A stretch of DNA of 64,000 nt from an uncultured Planctomycetota bacterium (GCA_963719315.1 CAVRBU010000002.1:1568001-1632000); one strand, 5' to 3'; shown: positions 7,559-18,254, counted from the first letter of the stretch. Program-made: numbers and translations. Notes: a model not told the origin generated them from the sequence alone.

Positions 7559-9364
7559 CTACGTCCGGTGGATTATCGCATCCACTTCGGTCAGCTCAAG
7601 CTCCTTTGCCCATTCCGTCATTTCCTCACGCAAGATCTTTGCGTTGTGGCGGATATCAACAGGTATATTATCGAATTCTGCGAACAGTGTTACGGAGTGG
7701 GCCTGAGAATCTTGTCGTGCCATAGCATGCAACTCGTTTGCCATTTCCACTTCACGCCGACCGAATTCAGTGTACAACTGATAAAAAACAACTGGCAATT
7801 CGACGCCTTTATCGCCCAAACCGACTAGCGCTGTGCATTTCACATCCGGATGAGCATTGAACACCGCTTCCACGCACTCGGCGTAGAGTGGTCCGCTTGC
7901 CGTTTCCACGCGCTGCGATTTCCGCCCGCAGTACCAGAAGCGACCCTGCTTATCGAGATAACCAACGTCGCCCGTGCGGTGCCATGGACAGAGTGGGGAG
8001 TGGGGAAGGGGGAAGGGGGAATTGCTGTCGAGCCGCGTACTTCGTACTAAGTACTCGGTACTGGCGCCGTCACCGATCTTTGCAACTGCGTTCGCTTCCA
8101 CTCTGGTGACATATCTAGGCGATACCTGCGGCCCACGCACGATCAGTTCGCCAATTTCACCGACCGGCAGTTCTTCCACCTCGCCCACCTTCGCAATCGG
8201 ATCATCCGTGATGCGGATCACCCGCCATTCTATCGAATCGAATTTACGGCCAACACAAACGCCGGCCCCTTGATCCGTTCGCGCCGCCGTTTCGCCCAGC
8301 ACCTCGGCCGCTTCAATCGTCGCCACGGGTAAACATTCAGTTGCGCCATAGGGCGTGTGCATCTTCGCGACTTGGCCAACACATGCGAGTGTCGCCCGCA
8401 GCACGTCGGCGGGCACGGGCGCACCGCACGAAAACACTTGCCGCAGCGAATCAACGCGTTCGCCAGTTTTCGCGCAGTGCTCGCTCAGCACGCGCCACAC
8501 CGCCGGCGACGCGAATGCTTGTGTAACCTGCCAATCGTTCGCCGCTGCCAATAGCTTTTTAGGGTCCGCCGCCGCCGGGCGCGAAAAACCCATCTCCGGC
8601 AACACAGTTGTCACGCCCATTGCCGAGTTGAAAAGAGCGAACAACGGGAAGCACGCCAGATCGACACCGCCCGGCTCAATACCGTAAGCAGCTTGAATCT
8701 CGGCGACTTGCGTGTCGAACATCCGCTGCGTGTAAAGCACACCCTTCGGCGGCCCCGTGCTGCCCGACGTGAAAATAATCGCCGCTGGATCGTCGGCTAA
8801 AGTAGCAGGCACACTCCGTATGCCGTCGCCGTGCCGCCTTAACTGTTCGAGTGTGATGCCCCCCCAAAACCAGCGCCGGCCAACCGTCACATTCCACCGT
8901 GCCCGCGGAAACTTCCGCCGCAGCCACAGGCGGGCCGCCTGTGCCAAGCCGATGGCCACGAACCCCTCCGGCTCCGCCTCCGCCAAACACCGAACTAAAT
9001 TCCGCCGCCCCAGTCCCGGATCGACCAGCACGATTACCATCCCGGCCCGCAACAATGCGAACACGAGCGTGACGAACTCGATCCCCGGCCGCACGAGCAG
9101 CGCGAGCCGCGTCCCGGGTGGCACTCCCCACGCAACAAGCCCGCGTGCGATTCGCGTGGCATCCGCATCCAATACGGCAAACGTCGTTGTCGCGTAGCTT
9201 GCGCACGACCTCCCCTGCTGGATCGAACGGTAGGATGGCGACCATTTTCGTGGACAAATGACCGCCGTCGCATTCGGCATCGCGCGTGCAATTGCCGCGA
9301 GTCGATCCGCCACATTCAGACGTGCAGTGGGATCAGCGTCCAAAAGAGTTTCGACGTGCGGCAT
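7559..9364 (-). CDS. oleC: AMP-dependent ligase, OleC-like (olefin beta-lactone synthetase family)
   Basis: FTSGSTGPPKG, DLACFPLFALF, HTPYGATECLP, WHRTGDVG, CGRKSQRV and PVDIRHNAKI. Start estimated at ATG 9364. Confidence 0.78.
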   Translation of the reverse strand: MPHVETLLDADPTARLNVADRLAAIARAMPNATAVICPRKWSPSYRSIQQGRSCASYATTTFAVLDADATRIARGLVAWGVPPGTRLALLVRPGIEFVTLVFALLRAGMVIVLVDPGLGRRNLVRCLAEAEPEGFVAIGLAQAARLWLRRKFPRARWNVTVGRRWFWGGITLEQLRRHGDGIRSVPATLADDPAAIIFTSGSTGPPKGVLYTQRMFDTQVAEIQAAYGIEPGGVDLACFPLFALFNSAMGVTTVLPEMGFSRPAAADPKKLLAAANDWQVTQAFASPAVWRVLSEHCAKTGERVDSLRQVFSCGAPVPADVLRATLACVGQVAKMHTPYGATECLPVATIEAAEVLGETAARTDQGAGVCVGRKFDSIEWRVIRITDDPIAKVGEVEELPVGEIGELIVRGPQVSPRYVTRVEANAVAKIGDGASTEYLVRSTRLDSNSPFPLPHSPLCPWHRTGDVGYLDKQGRFWYCGRKSQRVETASGPLYAECVEAVFNAHPDVKCTALVGLGDKGVELPVVFYQLYTEFGRREVEMANELHAMARQDSQAHSVTLFAEFDNIPVDIRHNAKILREEMTEWAKELELTEVDAIIHRT

Positions 9365-9445
9365 CTGGTCGAGTGTATGCCACGCACCGGCGCAAGACAA
9401 CATTCGGATCGCAGTCCGCAGCGCGAGCAAGGGTTTCGCCGCCAA

Positions 9446-10840
9446 TCACCTCGTCGCCGACCAACTTGGACGCGTCGCGATTCGGCTCCCGGACTCACCC
9501 GCTCGCTCAGGCGACCAGCCCGGCCGCTTGACCGGCGGCACTTTTACGGAAGCCGCCGGCGCGGCAGCCGCTCGATGGCTTGGCATTTCTGTCACGTGCT
9601 GCGGCGTCACCGCGATGCTTTGTGACACAACCGGCGGAATCGGCTCGCTCAACGTCCGCCAACCGCCGCAGCCCGTTTCATCCTGCGTTTCCGCCGGCAA
9701 ATTCGCCGGCTTGCCTGGCTCCGCGACTACCCACGTGCCTTCGTTCGTCGGCGCGGCGACATCCGCCGTCGGAGCCGCCGGAGCGGTCTCTTCAAAATTC
9801 GTAGCGACTACAGGCTCTGCTTTCGGACGCAGCTTATTCGGGAGCGACGAAAACACGCCTGGGTGGGCAAGCTCGACCGCCGCATGCGCGAGCATTTTCA
9901 CGCCGTCGGTTGGCACGAGCCGCACCCACAACTGCGTCGGAGAATCGGCCTGTGTGTCGGCCGGCAGCTCGACGTAAAACCGCATTGTCGGTACGCTCGC
10001 ATCCGAAATCATTGCCGCCTGGACCTCGCGTTCTCCGTAGTCCCATCGACCCAGACTTCGCGGTTGGCCCCCGGCTGCAGGCACGAGCAGCATCAACGAT
10101 ACTTTTCCGTCGAATTGTTCGACGTGCCCAGAGCGATCGAACGGCACGACATCGATCACCAGCCGCGGACCGCCAGCGTCATTCGCAACGACCTCGCCAG
10201 AAAGGAGCAGCCAGTCAGACGCTGGTTGAGTGGGCAACGGCGCATTGGCGACCGGCTCGCCGGCCGCTGAAGCGGCCTCGCCAGAGGTGATTGATTGAGG
10301 CGCTGAGTTGGTGCCGGGTTCCTCATACGATGCCGCAAGGACCCGCGGTTGCGAGTCATCCGGCGTTGCGACTTCACGGACCGGTGCATCCATTTCGGGA
10401 GTTATTTCGTTGTCTGTCGTCGATTTCAGCGGCGGCACAGCGGGCGCCTCGTTTTCCGGCGGACTCGCGGGCTGCTCGTCTCTGATGCTCGGCGTCTGCG
10501 GCGTTTGGAACTGCGGCGCGCTCTTTGGCGCCGGGCTGCTGCTGCGCGTCCGCGGCATCGGTTGCGGCTCGCTCGGTTGTGGCTCGGTGACGTACCCTTC
10601 CGATAGCTGCCGTTTCAAGTTGCAGTTTTCTGTCCGATATCGGCACAAAAGCTGTTGGTATTGGGTGATGTAATCTTGCAGGGCATAAATCTGGTCTTCC
10701 TGCATTCGGCGATCGCGAGCAATCAGGTCGCGGTCGGAATTGCTTTGGCACCCGACGACGGCCGCGAGCGCAAGCGCGAGGCCGGCCAGACGCGCCAAAC
10801 CGGCGCAATACGATCGCTTTGTGTGCGAGCGATGATGCAA
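9446..10840 (-). CDS. Hypothetical lipoprotein (coiled coil plus Pro-rich linkers)
   Basis: 464-aa ORF with a signal peptide ending in AVVGC. No family recognised. Confidence 0.7.
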   Translation of the reverse strand: MHHRSHTKRSYCAGLARLAGLALALAAVVGCQSNSDRDLIARDRRMQEDQIYALQDYITQYQQLLCRYRTENCNLKRQLSEGYVTEPQPSEPQPMPRTRSSSPAPKSAPQFQTPQTPSIRDEQPASPPENEAPAVPPLKSTTDNEITPEMDAPVREVATPDDSQPRVLAASYEEPGTNSAPQSITSGEAASAAGEPVANAPLPTQPASDWLLLSGEVVANDAGGPRLVIDVVPFDRSGHVEQFDGKVSLMLLVPAAGGQPRSLGRWDYGEREVQAAMISDASVPTMRFYVELPADTQADSPTQLWVRLVPTDGVKMLAHAAVELAHPGVFSSLPNKLRPKAEPVVATNFEETAPAAPTADVAAPTNEGTWVVAEPGKPANLPAETQDETGCGGWRTLSEPIPPVVSQSIAVTPQHVTEMPSHRAAAAPAASVKVPPVKRPGWSPERAGESGSRIATRPSWSATR

Positions 10841-11037
10841 GACAATATCCCGATAAGATTTCGCGAACCGGCGCCCAAGATAAGAAGAACCAGCCAGGTT
10901 GCCGCCGATTCAGGGCCCTTTAATAGAAAATCGACACGCCAGCGTCAAGCCGAGCAGTTGCTAGCGATGGTCAACCCATTCGCCGTTCGCCGGACTGGCC
11001 GCTTCAGCGACCAACTGCCGACAGCGTCGCCAGCAAA

Positions 11038-11646
11038 CTACGTCGCTTTGACCGCCTTGGCTGTCGACAAGCTCGTCACCACCTTATCAATCAGGCGGTA
11101 CTCTAGCGCCTCCTCGGCCGACATGAACTTGTCGCGGTCGGTGTCTTTCTCGATCTGCTCGAGCGAGCGCCCCGTGTGATTGAACAGGATGCGGTTCAAG
11201 CGATCCTTCGTTTTCTTGTACTCGGTGGCGTGAATCAGGATGTCCTCGGCCGTGCCTTCCATGCCGGCCGACGGCTGGTGAATCATGATCCTGCTGTTCG
11301 GCAACGCGTGCCGCTTTCCTTCGGCGCCGGCCGCCAGCAGAACCGCGCCCATCGAAGCGCACTGGCCGATGCAGTACGTGGCTACGTCGCACGATACGAA
11401 TTGCATCGTGTCGTAAATCGCCAGGCCCGCCGTCACGCTGCCCCCCGGCGAATTGATATACAAGTGGATGTCCGCCTTCGGGTCATCCGACTGCAGAAAC
11501 AACAGCTGCGCGACGAGGCTGTTCGACACATCGTCGTTGATCGCCGAGCCGAGCATTACGATGCGGTCGGCCAGCAGGCGGCTGTAGATATCCATCGCCC
11601 GCTCTTCGCGGCCGCTCTTTTCGATAACGTAAGGAATTAGGGGCAT
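11038..11646 (-). CDS. clpP: ATP-dependent Clp protease proteolytic subunit
   Basis: [30 protein letters not shown] and DRDKFM (catalytic triad intact). Confidence 0.97.
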   Translation of the reverse strand: MPLIPYVIEKSGREERAMDIYSRLLADRIVMLGSAINDDVSNSLVAQLLFLQSDDPKADIHLYINSPGGSVTAGLAIYDTMQFVSCDVATYCIGQCASMGAVLLAAGAEGKRHALPNSRIMIHQPSAGMEGTAEDILIHATEYKKTKDRLNRILFNHTGRSLEQIEKDTDRDKFMSAEEALEYRLIDKVVTSLSTAKAVKAT

Positions 11647-11700
11647 GTGATTAATGGAAAATTGCGATTAATGAAGTGAAGCGCTAAAGGGGCGGGCAAT

Positions 11701-11764
11701 TTCGGAGTGCAGATTGAAATCGACTCTTCAATCTGCAATCCGAAATCCCAAATCCGCAATCGAA
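11701..11764. repeat. 7-nt periodic inverted-repeat element (AATCCGx) directly after the stop codon of the upstream clpP
   Basis: ttcggagtgcagattgaa ... ttcaatctgcaatccgaaatcccaaatccgcaatcgaa. Confidence 0.75.
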
Positions 11765-12403
11765 TCATTCTTCCTCCCCCTCCGGAACCGGCTGCTTCAG
11801 CAGGATGTCGTCCACGATGCCGAAAGCCTTGGCCTCTTCAGAGGTCATGTAGTAATCGCGGTCGCAGGCCTTAGCGACTTCTTCCGCGGTCTTGCCCGAG
11901 TGGGTGGCGAGAATCTCGTTGAGCGCAACGCGCGTCCGCAGGATTTCGTTGGCCTGGATTTCGATATCCGAAACCTGTCCGCCGACGCCACCATGAGGTT
12001 GATGGATCATCACCTTCGCGTTCTTCAAAGCGAATCGCTTGCCCTTCGCTCCGCCGGCCAGAAGTACGGCGCCGCCGCTGGCGGCAAGACCCACGCAGTA
12101 CGTGGCCACGGGGCAGGAAATCATCTGCATCGTGTCGTAAATCGCGAGCGTTGCGCTCACACTGCCCCCGGGCGAATTGATGTAGAAGTGAATGTCCTTG
12201 CGGCGGTTTTCGCTCTGCAAGTACAGCAGCTTCATGACCAGCTCGTTGGCGTTGCCGTCGAAAATCTCACCCTGCAGAAAAATCACGCGGTTTTCCAGCA
12301 GCAAATCGCCCAGCGTCATTTGCCGCTGACGCTGATAATCGCGCATCGCTTGGGCCGATAGTTCGTTTGCCATGATACCTGGCTCAAATCTGTTAATGCT
12401 CAT
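11765..12403 (-). CDS. clpP: Second ClpP paralog
   Basis: [31 protein letters not shown] and DRDYYM. Confidence 0.95.
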   Translation of the reverse strand: MSINRFEPGIMANELSAQAMRDYQRQRQMTLGDLLLENRVIFLQGEIFDGNANELVMKLLYLQSENRRKDIHFYINSPGGSVSATLAIYDTMQMISCPVATYCVGLAASGGAVLLAGGAKGKRFALKNAKVMIHQPHGGVGGQVSDIEIQANEILRTRVALNEILATHSGKTAEEVAKACDRDYYMTSEEAKAFGIVDDILLKQPVPEGEEE

Positions 12404-12530
12404 CGAAGAATCCTTCGCGTGCTAGCTCGCATCGGTCAAATGGGATGTAGCAGGTAGAACGCAGAGGCAGTGGCCGGAATCAGAGTGCCTGGTCCCTGCC
12501 CTTCGCACTCTGTATCCCGCACCCTGTACC

Positions 12531-14038
12531 CTACTTTTCCTTGGCCTCGTCGACTTCTTCCGTAGTAACGGGGATTTCGCCACCGGTGCCGCCGCCCGCC
12601 GCGATCGAGATTGCCTCCGTGTCTGATTTTTCGGGTTGGTAGGGTTCGTCCTTGAATTTCGCTTCCGATTGCACGAGCTCCAGCACTTTCCGCTCGATAA
12701 TCTGATTCCGCAACACGTCCATCAGGCCGCGCTTTTCGAGTTGGGCCCGCACGCGCCGGGGCGATTCGCCGCTCTGGGCCGCAATCAAAAAGATTTCCTT
12801 GTCGTAATCGCCCTCTTCTACGTCCAGCTTCTCCTCCTCGGCGATTCGTTCGAGAATGAAGTGCTCCTTCAGCGCCGTGGCCGTGCTGGCCGTGCTGTTC
12901 TGCCGCAACATGTTCTCGCGGGCGCGGATCTCGGCTTCGCTGAATCCGCTCCGCCGCAATTCCATCACGGCCCGTTCCAATTCGCGTGCGCTCTGCCGTT
13001 GCAGCAGCCCCTTCGGCAGGTCCCAATCGGCGCTTTTCGTCAGCAGGGCCGAAATCTGGCTCCGCGCGATCCGCTGTTGCTCGTACTCCATTTGCCGCTT
13101 GAGATTCATGCGAATCGTATCGTGAAGCTCTTTTTCCGAAGCGAAATTGCCGATTTCCTGCAAGAACTCCTCGGTCAATTCCGGCAGTTTCAGCTTCTTG
13201 ACGTCTAACACTTCGAATCCGAGGTTGATCTTTTTGCCGCGCATCTCTGCGTTCGGCGCGTCTTTGCTGAGCGTGATCTCGGCAGTTCGCTTGTCCCCTC
13301 CTCGGACGCCCTTCATCAACTTGGCGAAGCCTTCGAGCTTGGCATCGCGGAAGCTGAGCGTCGGACGAATTCGCACCACGGCTTCATTCTCGCGCGCAGC
13401 TGCTTGCCTTCGTACGACGAAGTAAAATTGACTGAGAGATAGTCGCCTTCGCTGGCCTCGCCCTCGAACGGCGCCAATTGGCCATAGCGCGACAACATCT
13501 GCTCGAGCTGCGCATCGACATCGGCGTCCGTGAACTCGCGCACCGGTCGGTTGAGCTTCAGGCCCTTCCACTGCGGCATGTCGAACTCGGGACGCACTTC
13601 GATCGTGAACTCAAACGTCATCGGCCCTTCTTTGGGCACTTCGACGGCTTCCAGATCGAAATCCGGCTCGCTGATCGCCGTGAACCGCTGCTCCTCACTG
13701 ATCTGCTCCAGGCTATCGAGCAACAACGCGCTCTTCACCTGATCGGAAACTTCGTCGCGAAAGCGGTGCTCGACGATCTTCCGCGGCGCGCGGCCAATGC
13801 GAAAGCCGGGCACGGCCGCTGTCGGCATCATCTCGCCGAATGCATCGTCGAAGTAGCGGTCGATATCCTCGCGCGCGATCGTCACCGTTACATGCCGTTC
13901 GCACGCCCCGGGACTGGTTACCTGCACGTCGAGATTCAGCGGTTCGTCCGCGGCCTCGTCGCCGTCTCCCTCAACCGCCACGGCGGCCGAGCCCTCGTTC
14001 TCATCAACCATTTCGTCTTCTGACGGTTTGCGGGCCAT
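12531..14038 (-). CDS. tig: Trigger factor (split by a frameshift near 13398)
   Basis: N-terminal VPGFRIGRAP ribosome-binding motif and EVRPEF in ORF 13316-14116. FKBP-like and C-terminal domains in ORF 12531-13571. Upstream of clpP. Confidence 0.93.
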
Positions 14039-14066
14039 ATGCCTGGTAACCCCAAAAAATTCGCTG

Positions 14067-14110
14067 AAAGCAAAACGGCCCGCGCCCTTTGATCCCCAAA
14101 AGCGCGGGCC
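14067..14110 (-). terminator. Putative intrinsic terminator between tRNA-Gly and tig
   Basis: Stem ggcccgcgc/gcgcgggcc (14077-14085 and 14102-14110), followed on the minus strand by gttttgcttt. Confidence 0.6.
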
Positions 14111-14118
14111 ACTCATGA

Positions 14119-14206
14119 AGCTGTTAGCTACTAGCTTTTAGCTATTAGCCCGAAAATACCTCGACCTCATTTCTGGCTAACAGCTAAGAGCTAACAGCTA
14201 TTAGCT
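14119..14206. repeat. Inverted pair of 7-nt periodic arrays (AGCTxxT x4)
   Basis: agctgtt-agctact-agctttt-agctatt-agcc (14119-14150) versus ggct-aacagct-aagagct-aacagct-attagct (14175-14206). Confidence 0.9.
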
Positions 14207-14215
14207 TTCCCAAAG

Positions 14216-14288
14216 AGCGGGTGATCGGATTCGAACCGACGACAACAACGTTGGCAACGTTGTGCTCTACCAACTGAGCTACACCCGC
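14216..14288 (-). tRNA. tRNA-Gly (GCC), CCA not encoded
   Basis: Reverse complement is GCGGGTGTAGCTCAGTTGGTAGAGCACAACGTTGCCAACGTTGTTGTCGTCGGTTCGAATCCGATCACCCGCT, a cloverleaf with anticodon GCC and a TTCGAAT T-loop. Confidence 0.97.
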
Positions 14289-14304
14289 GAAAATCGTAAC
14301 CCAA

Positions 14305-14332
14305 ATTATAAGGCTCAGGTACTCCCTTGCAA
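14305..14332 (-). promoter_or_regulatory. Sigma70-type promoter for tRNA-Gly
   Basis: Minus strand reads TTGCAA-N16-TATAAT, 16 nt upstream of the tRNA 5' end. Confidence 0.7.
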
Positions 14333-14426
14333 GGCCACGTGCCGGCCGGTAATGCTACAGAACTTCCGACCTTTCCCGTCGGCCTGCTCCCCTCAGCGAC
14401 CAGTGAATTGGCTCCGCCCTCGTCTC

Positions 14427-14744
14427 ATGCTACTCTTCAAAAAGAAATTCCTCCCCGCCATCCGCTCGGGCGAAAAAACGCAGACCATTCGCCTATGGAA
14501 ATTCCGCCACATGCGTTCGGGCCAACGCAGCTACATCCCGGGTATCGGCCACATTCGCGTCACGTCGGTCGAGCCGGTCGAGATCGACGCCCTCACCGAC
14601 GCCGACGCAATCCCCGACGGCTTCCCCACCGCCACCGCGCTGCAGCACGAGCTCCGCACGATCTACGGCGAGAAGCTCTCCGCCGGATACCAGGCCTTCC
14701 GAATTACGTTTCAATGCGAACCGAATTCGACCTCTGCTCTCTGA
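14427..14744 (+). CDS. ASCH domain protein
   Basis: MLLFKKKFLPAIRSGEKTQTIR (GxKxxTIR) ... LTDADAIPDGF...LRTIY. Confidence 0.85.
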   Translation: MLLFKKKFLPAIRSGEKTQTIRLWKFRHMRSGQRSYIPGIGHIRVTSVEPVEIDALTDADAIPDGFPTATALQHELRTIYGEKLSAGYQAFRITFQCEPNSTSAL

Positions 14745-14763
14745 TACCCGACACCTGACGCCG

Positions 14764-16368
14764 TCATTTGCTTTCTTGACGGACCGGATTGTCGGCCCGC
14801 CGGTTTGCATTTGCACGCAGTTCCCGCGCGAGCGCCGCTTGCGCCGCCAAGTGCTGGCTCCGCAGCCGGGCGAAGTGTTGCCGCGATGCCCAGGCATCCA
14901 TCGCGGCCAGCGCCAGAATTGCAAAGCAGGCCCCGGCGATTGACGCCACATACAACGCCATGGGCCAAGGCCGATGCGGCACGAGCGGCCCCGCGCCGAT
15001 CGCCGCGCCCAACACGCCGATGATCCCGCTGGCCTGCGTCCTGCGCCATATTGCGAGAGCGCATAACGCCGTTCGCTATCCGAAAGCGTCGCATCCTGCT
15101 TGGCGCTCCGCCAACTACGCCGATGCATATCGAGCATTACGCCCGACAGCCCAACCAAGAGCAGCGAAACTATACCCTACGCGGCCAGCAATGAGACATC
15201 TTCGAATCGCTGAAAGTTGAGCGTCATGAGGGATTTGAGGGGTTCGGCGTGGCGGGTTGCGAGGTCGGCGATTGTTTCTTGGATGGCGGCTTGAAACTCT
15301 TGAAATCCGGGATGGTAACGCCCATAGATGGCCGGCCGCTTGATGAACTTCCAAAGCCGTTCGATGAGGTTCAGGTTCGGCGAGTAGGAGGGCAGGAACA
15401 GCAGCGTGATTTCCAGTTGCGTCGCCAACGCTTGCACCGCGGCGTTACGTTGGTAGCGAGGGTTGTCCAGCACCAACGTGATCGGTCCGGCCAGACCGAG
15501 GGCAGCGATCTTCCGCAACAGCTCGCACATCGTTTCCGTGTTGACGACCGTGGTGTTGGTCACGCTTACCAGTTCGCGGGTCACGGCGTTCCAGGCTCCC
15601 AGGACATTGAACCGCTGGCGGCCCGAGGCGGCCCGCACGAAGATTCGCGTGAACGACCACAAGCAGCACAGGAACGTCCCGTACACAAAGTGGGCCGCAT
15701 CGACGAAGAAGACGTGTCCCCGCCCTCGGGCGGCGGCGTCGAGGCGGGGCTTCAGTTCGACGTTGTGAAACAGGGCCTGCGCGGCGACATGCTGGGCCAA
15801 GTTTTTTTGGGCGGCACGGGGAGCGCCCGGACCCGCTGCCACTTGAGTCCCATGTCTTTCAGGAACTTGCGAGTTTGCGACAGTCCCCGCCGCAGGCCGG
15901 TCAGTTGGTAAATGCGTTCGCAGGCTTCCGCAGTCGTGCGGACCGGCTGGTTCTCGAACGACGCGCGGATCACGTCGCGATAGGCGGCCAAGTCGCTCAC
16001 GGGCCCTTGCACATTCCACCGCCGCAGACCCTCCAACCCGCCATCACGATAGGCCGCAACGTACCGCCCGACGGTCGCCACTCCGACCCCCGCCAATTTC
16101 GCCGCCTGGGATCGCTTCAAACCACACTGCAGCGACCACAACACCAGCATCTTGCGGCGGACATGCGACTCCGGATGAGACTCCCGCTCGGCCGCGACAA
16201 TTCGCTGTTCCTCTTCCGTCAATCGGACTCGAAACCAAGCCATGACAGCCCTCCTTGCCAGCAACACGCCATCCTCCTCGATGGCGACATAAGGGCCTTG
16301 TACAACAAATCAGCTACTCGGGAACAGATCATTTATCCCCACGCAGGGTATAAGAACGTCGCAATCAT
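14764..16368 (-). pseudogene. Small membrane-protein gene interrupted by IS630 in codon 6 (additional indel near 15047)
   Basis: Removing the IS and one TA restores ATG ATT GCG ACG TTC TTA GTT TCG CTG CTC TTG (MIATFLVSLLLVGLSGVMLDMHRR...). Its ATG overlaps the upstream stop codon (TGATG). Confidence 0.85.
15173..16350 (-). mobile_element. IS630-family insertion sequence with TA target duplication
   Basis: Ends TA|TACCCTACG (15171) and CGCAGGGTA|TA (16352). HTH ORF 15752-16243 and DDE ORF ending at 15177 (FFVDAAHF, LVLDN, PSYSPNLNLIERLW). The ORFs overlap at an A7 run (15802-15808). Confidence 0.93.
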
Positions 16369-17408
16369 CACTTCCCCGCCGCCGGCGGCGTAGCGGTTTC
16401 CAGCCCCTTCAGCCACTCATACACCACCCACCCCACCTTGGCGAGCGACGACCCCGCGCAGCGCTGCGGGTTGTCGCCCGTAGTGTGCCAATAGCCGGGC
16501 GGCGACATATCCGAGGGATCGGCGAAATCGATCAAATCGCAGGATGGAATCTTCGCCGTGTTTCGCAGCGGGAAATGATCGTCCTGCACGATATATCCAA
16601 TCCGCGGGATGAACTCGTGCACACCCAAACGAGCCGCCGTGTCCCAAATCTCTTTGACCAGCGGCCGCGTTTCGCGCCAGGCGACGCTGTTCTTTTCCTG
16701 GTAAATCTGCAAATCGCGATCGCCCACCATATCCAGCACCACGCCCCAACGATACTTGTGCGCGGGCGGCTCTTTGACATACTTCTCCGCGAACCAGGTC
16801 GTGCCCAAGAAATATGGATCGCGGTCCTTGTACACGAGCTCTTCGCCGTCCACCAACAAAAAGTCCACACCGATCGACCCGTCCAGATTCTTCATCAAGT
16901 GCGCGAGTTCCATCAACACCGCGACGCCGCTCGCGCCGTCGTTCGCGCCCAGAAACACGCCTCCTTTACGCTGCGCCGGATCGGGATCGCGATCCGGCAG
17001 CGGCCGCGTGTCGTAATGGGCGCACAACAAAATCCGCTCCTTACGCTCCGGGTGCCATTCCACGATCATGTTGGCCATTGGAACCTTCTCGCCCCCCAGC
17101 GGGTTGTTCGCCAGGAATCGCTGGTAGCTGACTTTGCCGCCCAGCTTTTCGAAATGGGCCTGTACCATTGCCTGCTGTTTCTGCATGCCGACCGTCCCAC
17201 TCATCCGCGGTCCCAGCGCAAATCTCTAGCAGGTACTCATACGCCCGCTGACCATTCAACGGATTCGTCGCCGCCGCTTGCGGCTTTGCCGAACTAACTG
17301 CCGCACCATCCTCCGCCACGGCCAAGCGCGTCCCGCCCACGCAGCCAATATCCGCGAAAAACCAAATCGCCAGCAGCGCCGCACCAATCTACCTTTTGCG
17401 TGTTCCAT
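16368..17408 (-). CDS. M28 family peptidase / glutaminyl cyclase-like (frameshifts near 17215 and 17390; start approximate)
   Basis: CAHYDTRP, GANDGASG, DGEE, LDMVGD, DDHFP and YWHT. Confidence 0.85.
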
Positions 17409-17561
17409 GCTGTCATTCTATGGCCGCCCGCCGCATTCATGCGAGCCGGAATTAGTGAAATCGTCGCGATTTTTGATGCTTGCTAATGCGTCTTGCCGCG
17501 TTCTGGCAAGATTCGTAACATTCGGCCCTCGCCTCCGCTTCCTACCGCAGAAAGACCTGTC

Positions 17562-18179
17562 ATGCTGCCGGTCCCTCACGATCTGGTTCATCAAATCACC
17601 GAGCTGCAGCGCGAGGCCGTAGCCCGCTGGCACTCCTCGCCGCCCGACAACCCGCACCACGGCCTGCTCGCCGTCGTCTGTCAGCAGCATCAATTCAACT
17701 TCCTCCTGTGGCACGAGGAAGACATCGCCCGCAGCCCGGATGTCCTGGACGCCCGCATCGCCGCCGTCAAACGCTCGATCGACCGCTACAACCAACAACG
17801 CAACGACTGGATCGAAAAGATCGACAAGGCCATCATCGACCTGCTGACCGATGAAGCGATTCTCCCGCGCGCCGGCGCTCGCCTGAACACCGAAACGCCC
17901 GGCAGCGCGATCGACCGCCTGTCGATCATGTCGCTCCGCGTCTACCACTTCGAAGAGCAACTCACGCGCGACGGCGCCGACGAGCAACATCGCGCGAATG
18001 TCGCCGACCGCCTCGCCCGCTGCCGCTTGCAGCTCAACGATTTGTCGCAGTCGCTCGTCGCACTGCTGGACGACATCTGGTCTGGCCGCAAACAGCTGAA
18101 AGTGTATCGCCAGATGAAAATGTACAACGACCCAACGCTCAACCCGTATCTATACCGCACCCAACGCCTCGCCGGCTAA
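17562..18179 (+). CDS. DUF4254 domain protein
   Basis: [11 protein letters not shown]...[19 protein letters not shown]...[15 protein letters not shown]...[12 protein letters not shown]. Confidence 0.88.
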   Translation: MLPVPHDLVHQITELQREAVARWHSSPPDNPHHGLLAVVCQQHQFNFLLWHEEDIARSPDVLDARIAAVKRSIDRYNQQRNDWIEKIDKAIIDLLTDEAILPRAGARLNTETPGSAIDRLSIMSLRVYHFEEQLTRDGADEQHRANVADRLARCRLQLNDLSQSLVALLDDIWSGRKQLKVYRQMKMYNDPTLNPYLYRTQRLAG

Positions 18180-18184
18180 TGGAA

Positions 18185-18217
18185 CCCTCTCGCTCAGGGA
18201 GAGGGCAGGGTGAGGGT
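18185..18217. repeat. CCCTCTCCC/GGGAGAGGG-type REP-like palindrome
   Basis: ccctctcgctcagggagagggcagggtgagggt; near-identical copy at 51743-51774. Confidence 0.8.
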
Positions 18218-18254
18218 GACTTAGTATTTGGTTCGCATTGTTAAGTTGTCCGCC

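Noticed and set aside
11038..12403. One of the tandem ClpP paralogs as an inactive ClpR-like subunit
   Set aside because: Both retain the Ser, His and Asp motifs, and tandem clpP genes after tig are unremarkable.
14216..14288. tRNA-Gly as an integration site for an island
   Set aside because: No integrase and no duplicated tRNA 3' end were seen, and the downstream genes are core (tig, clpP).
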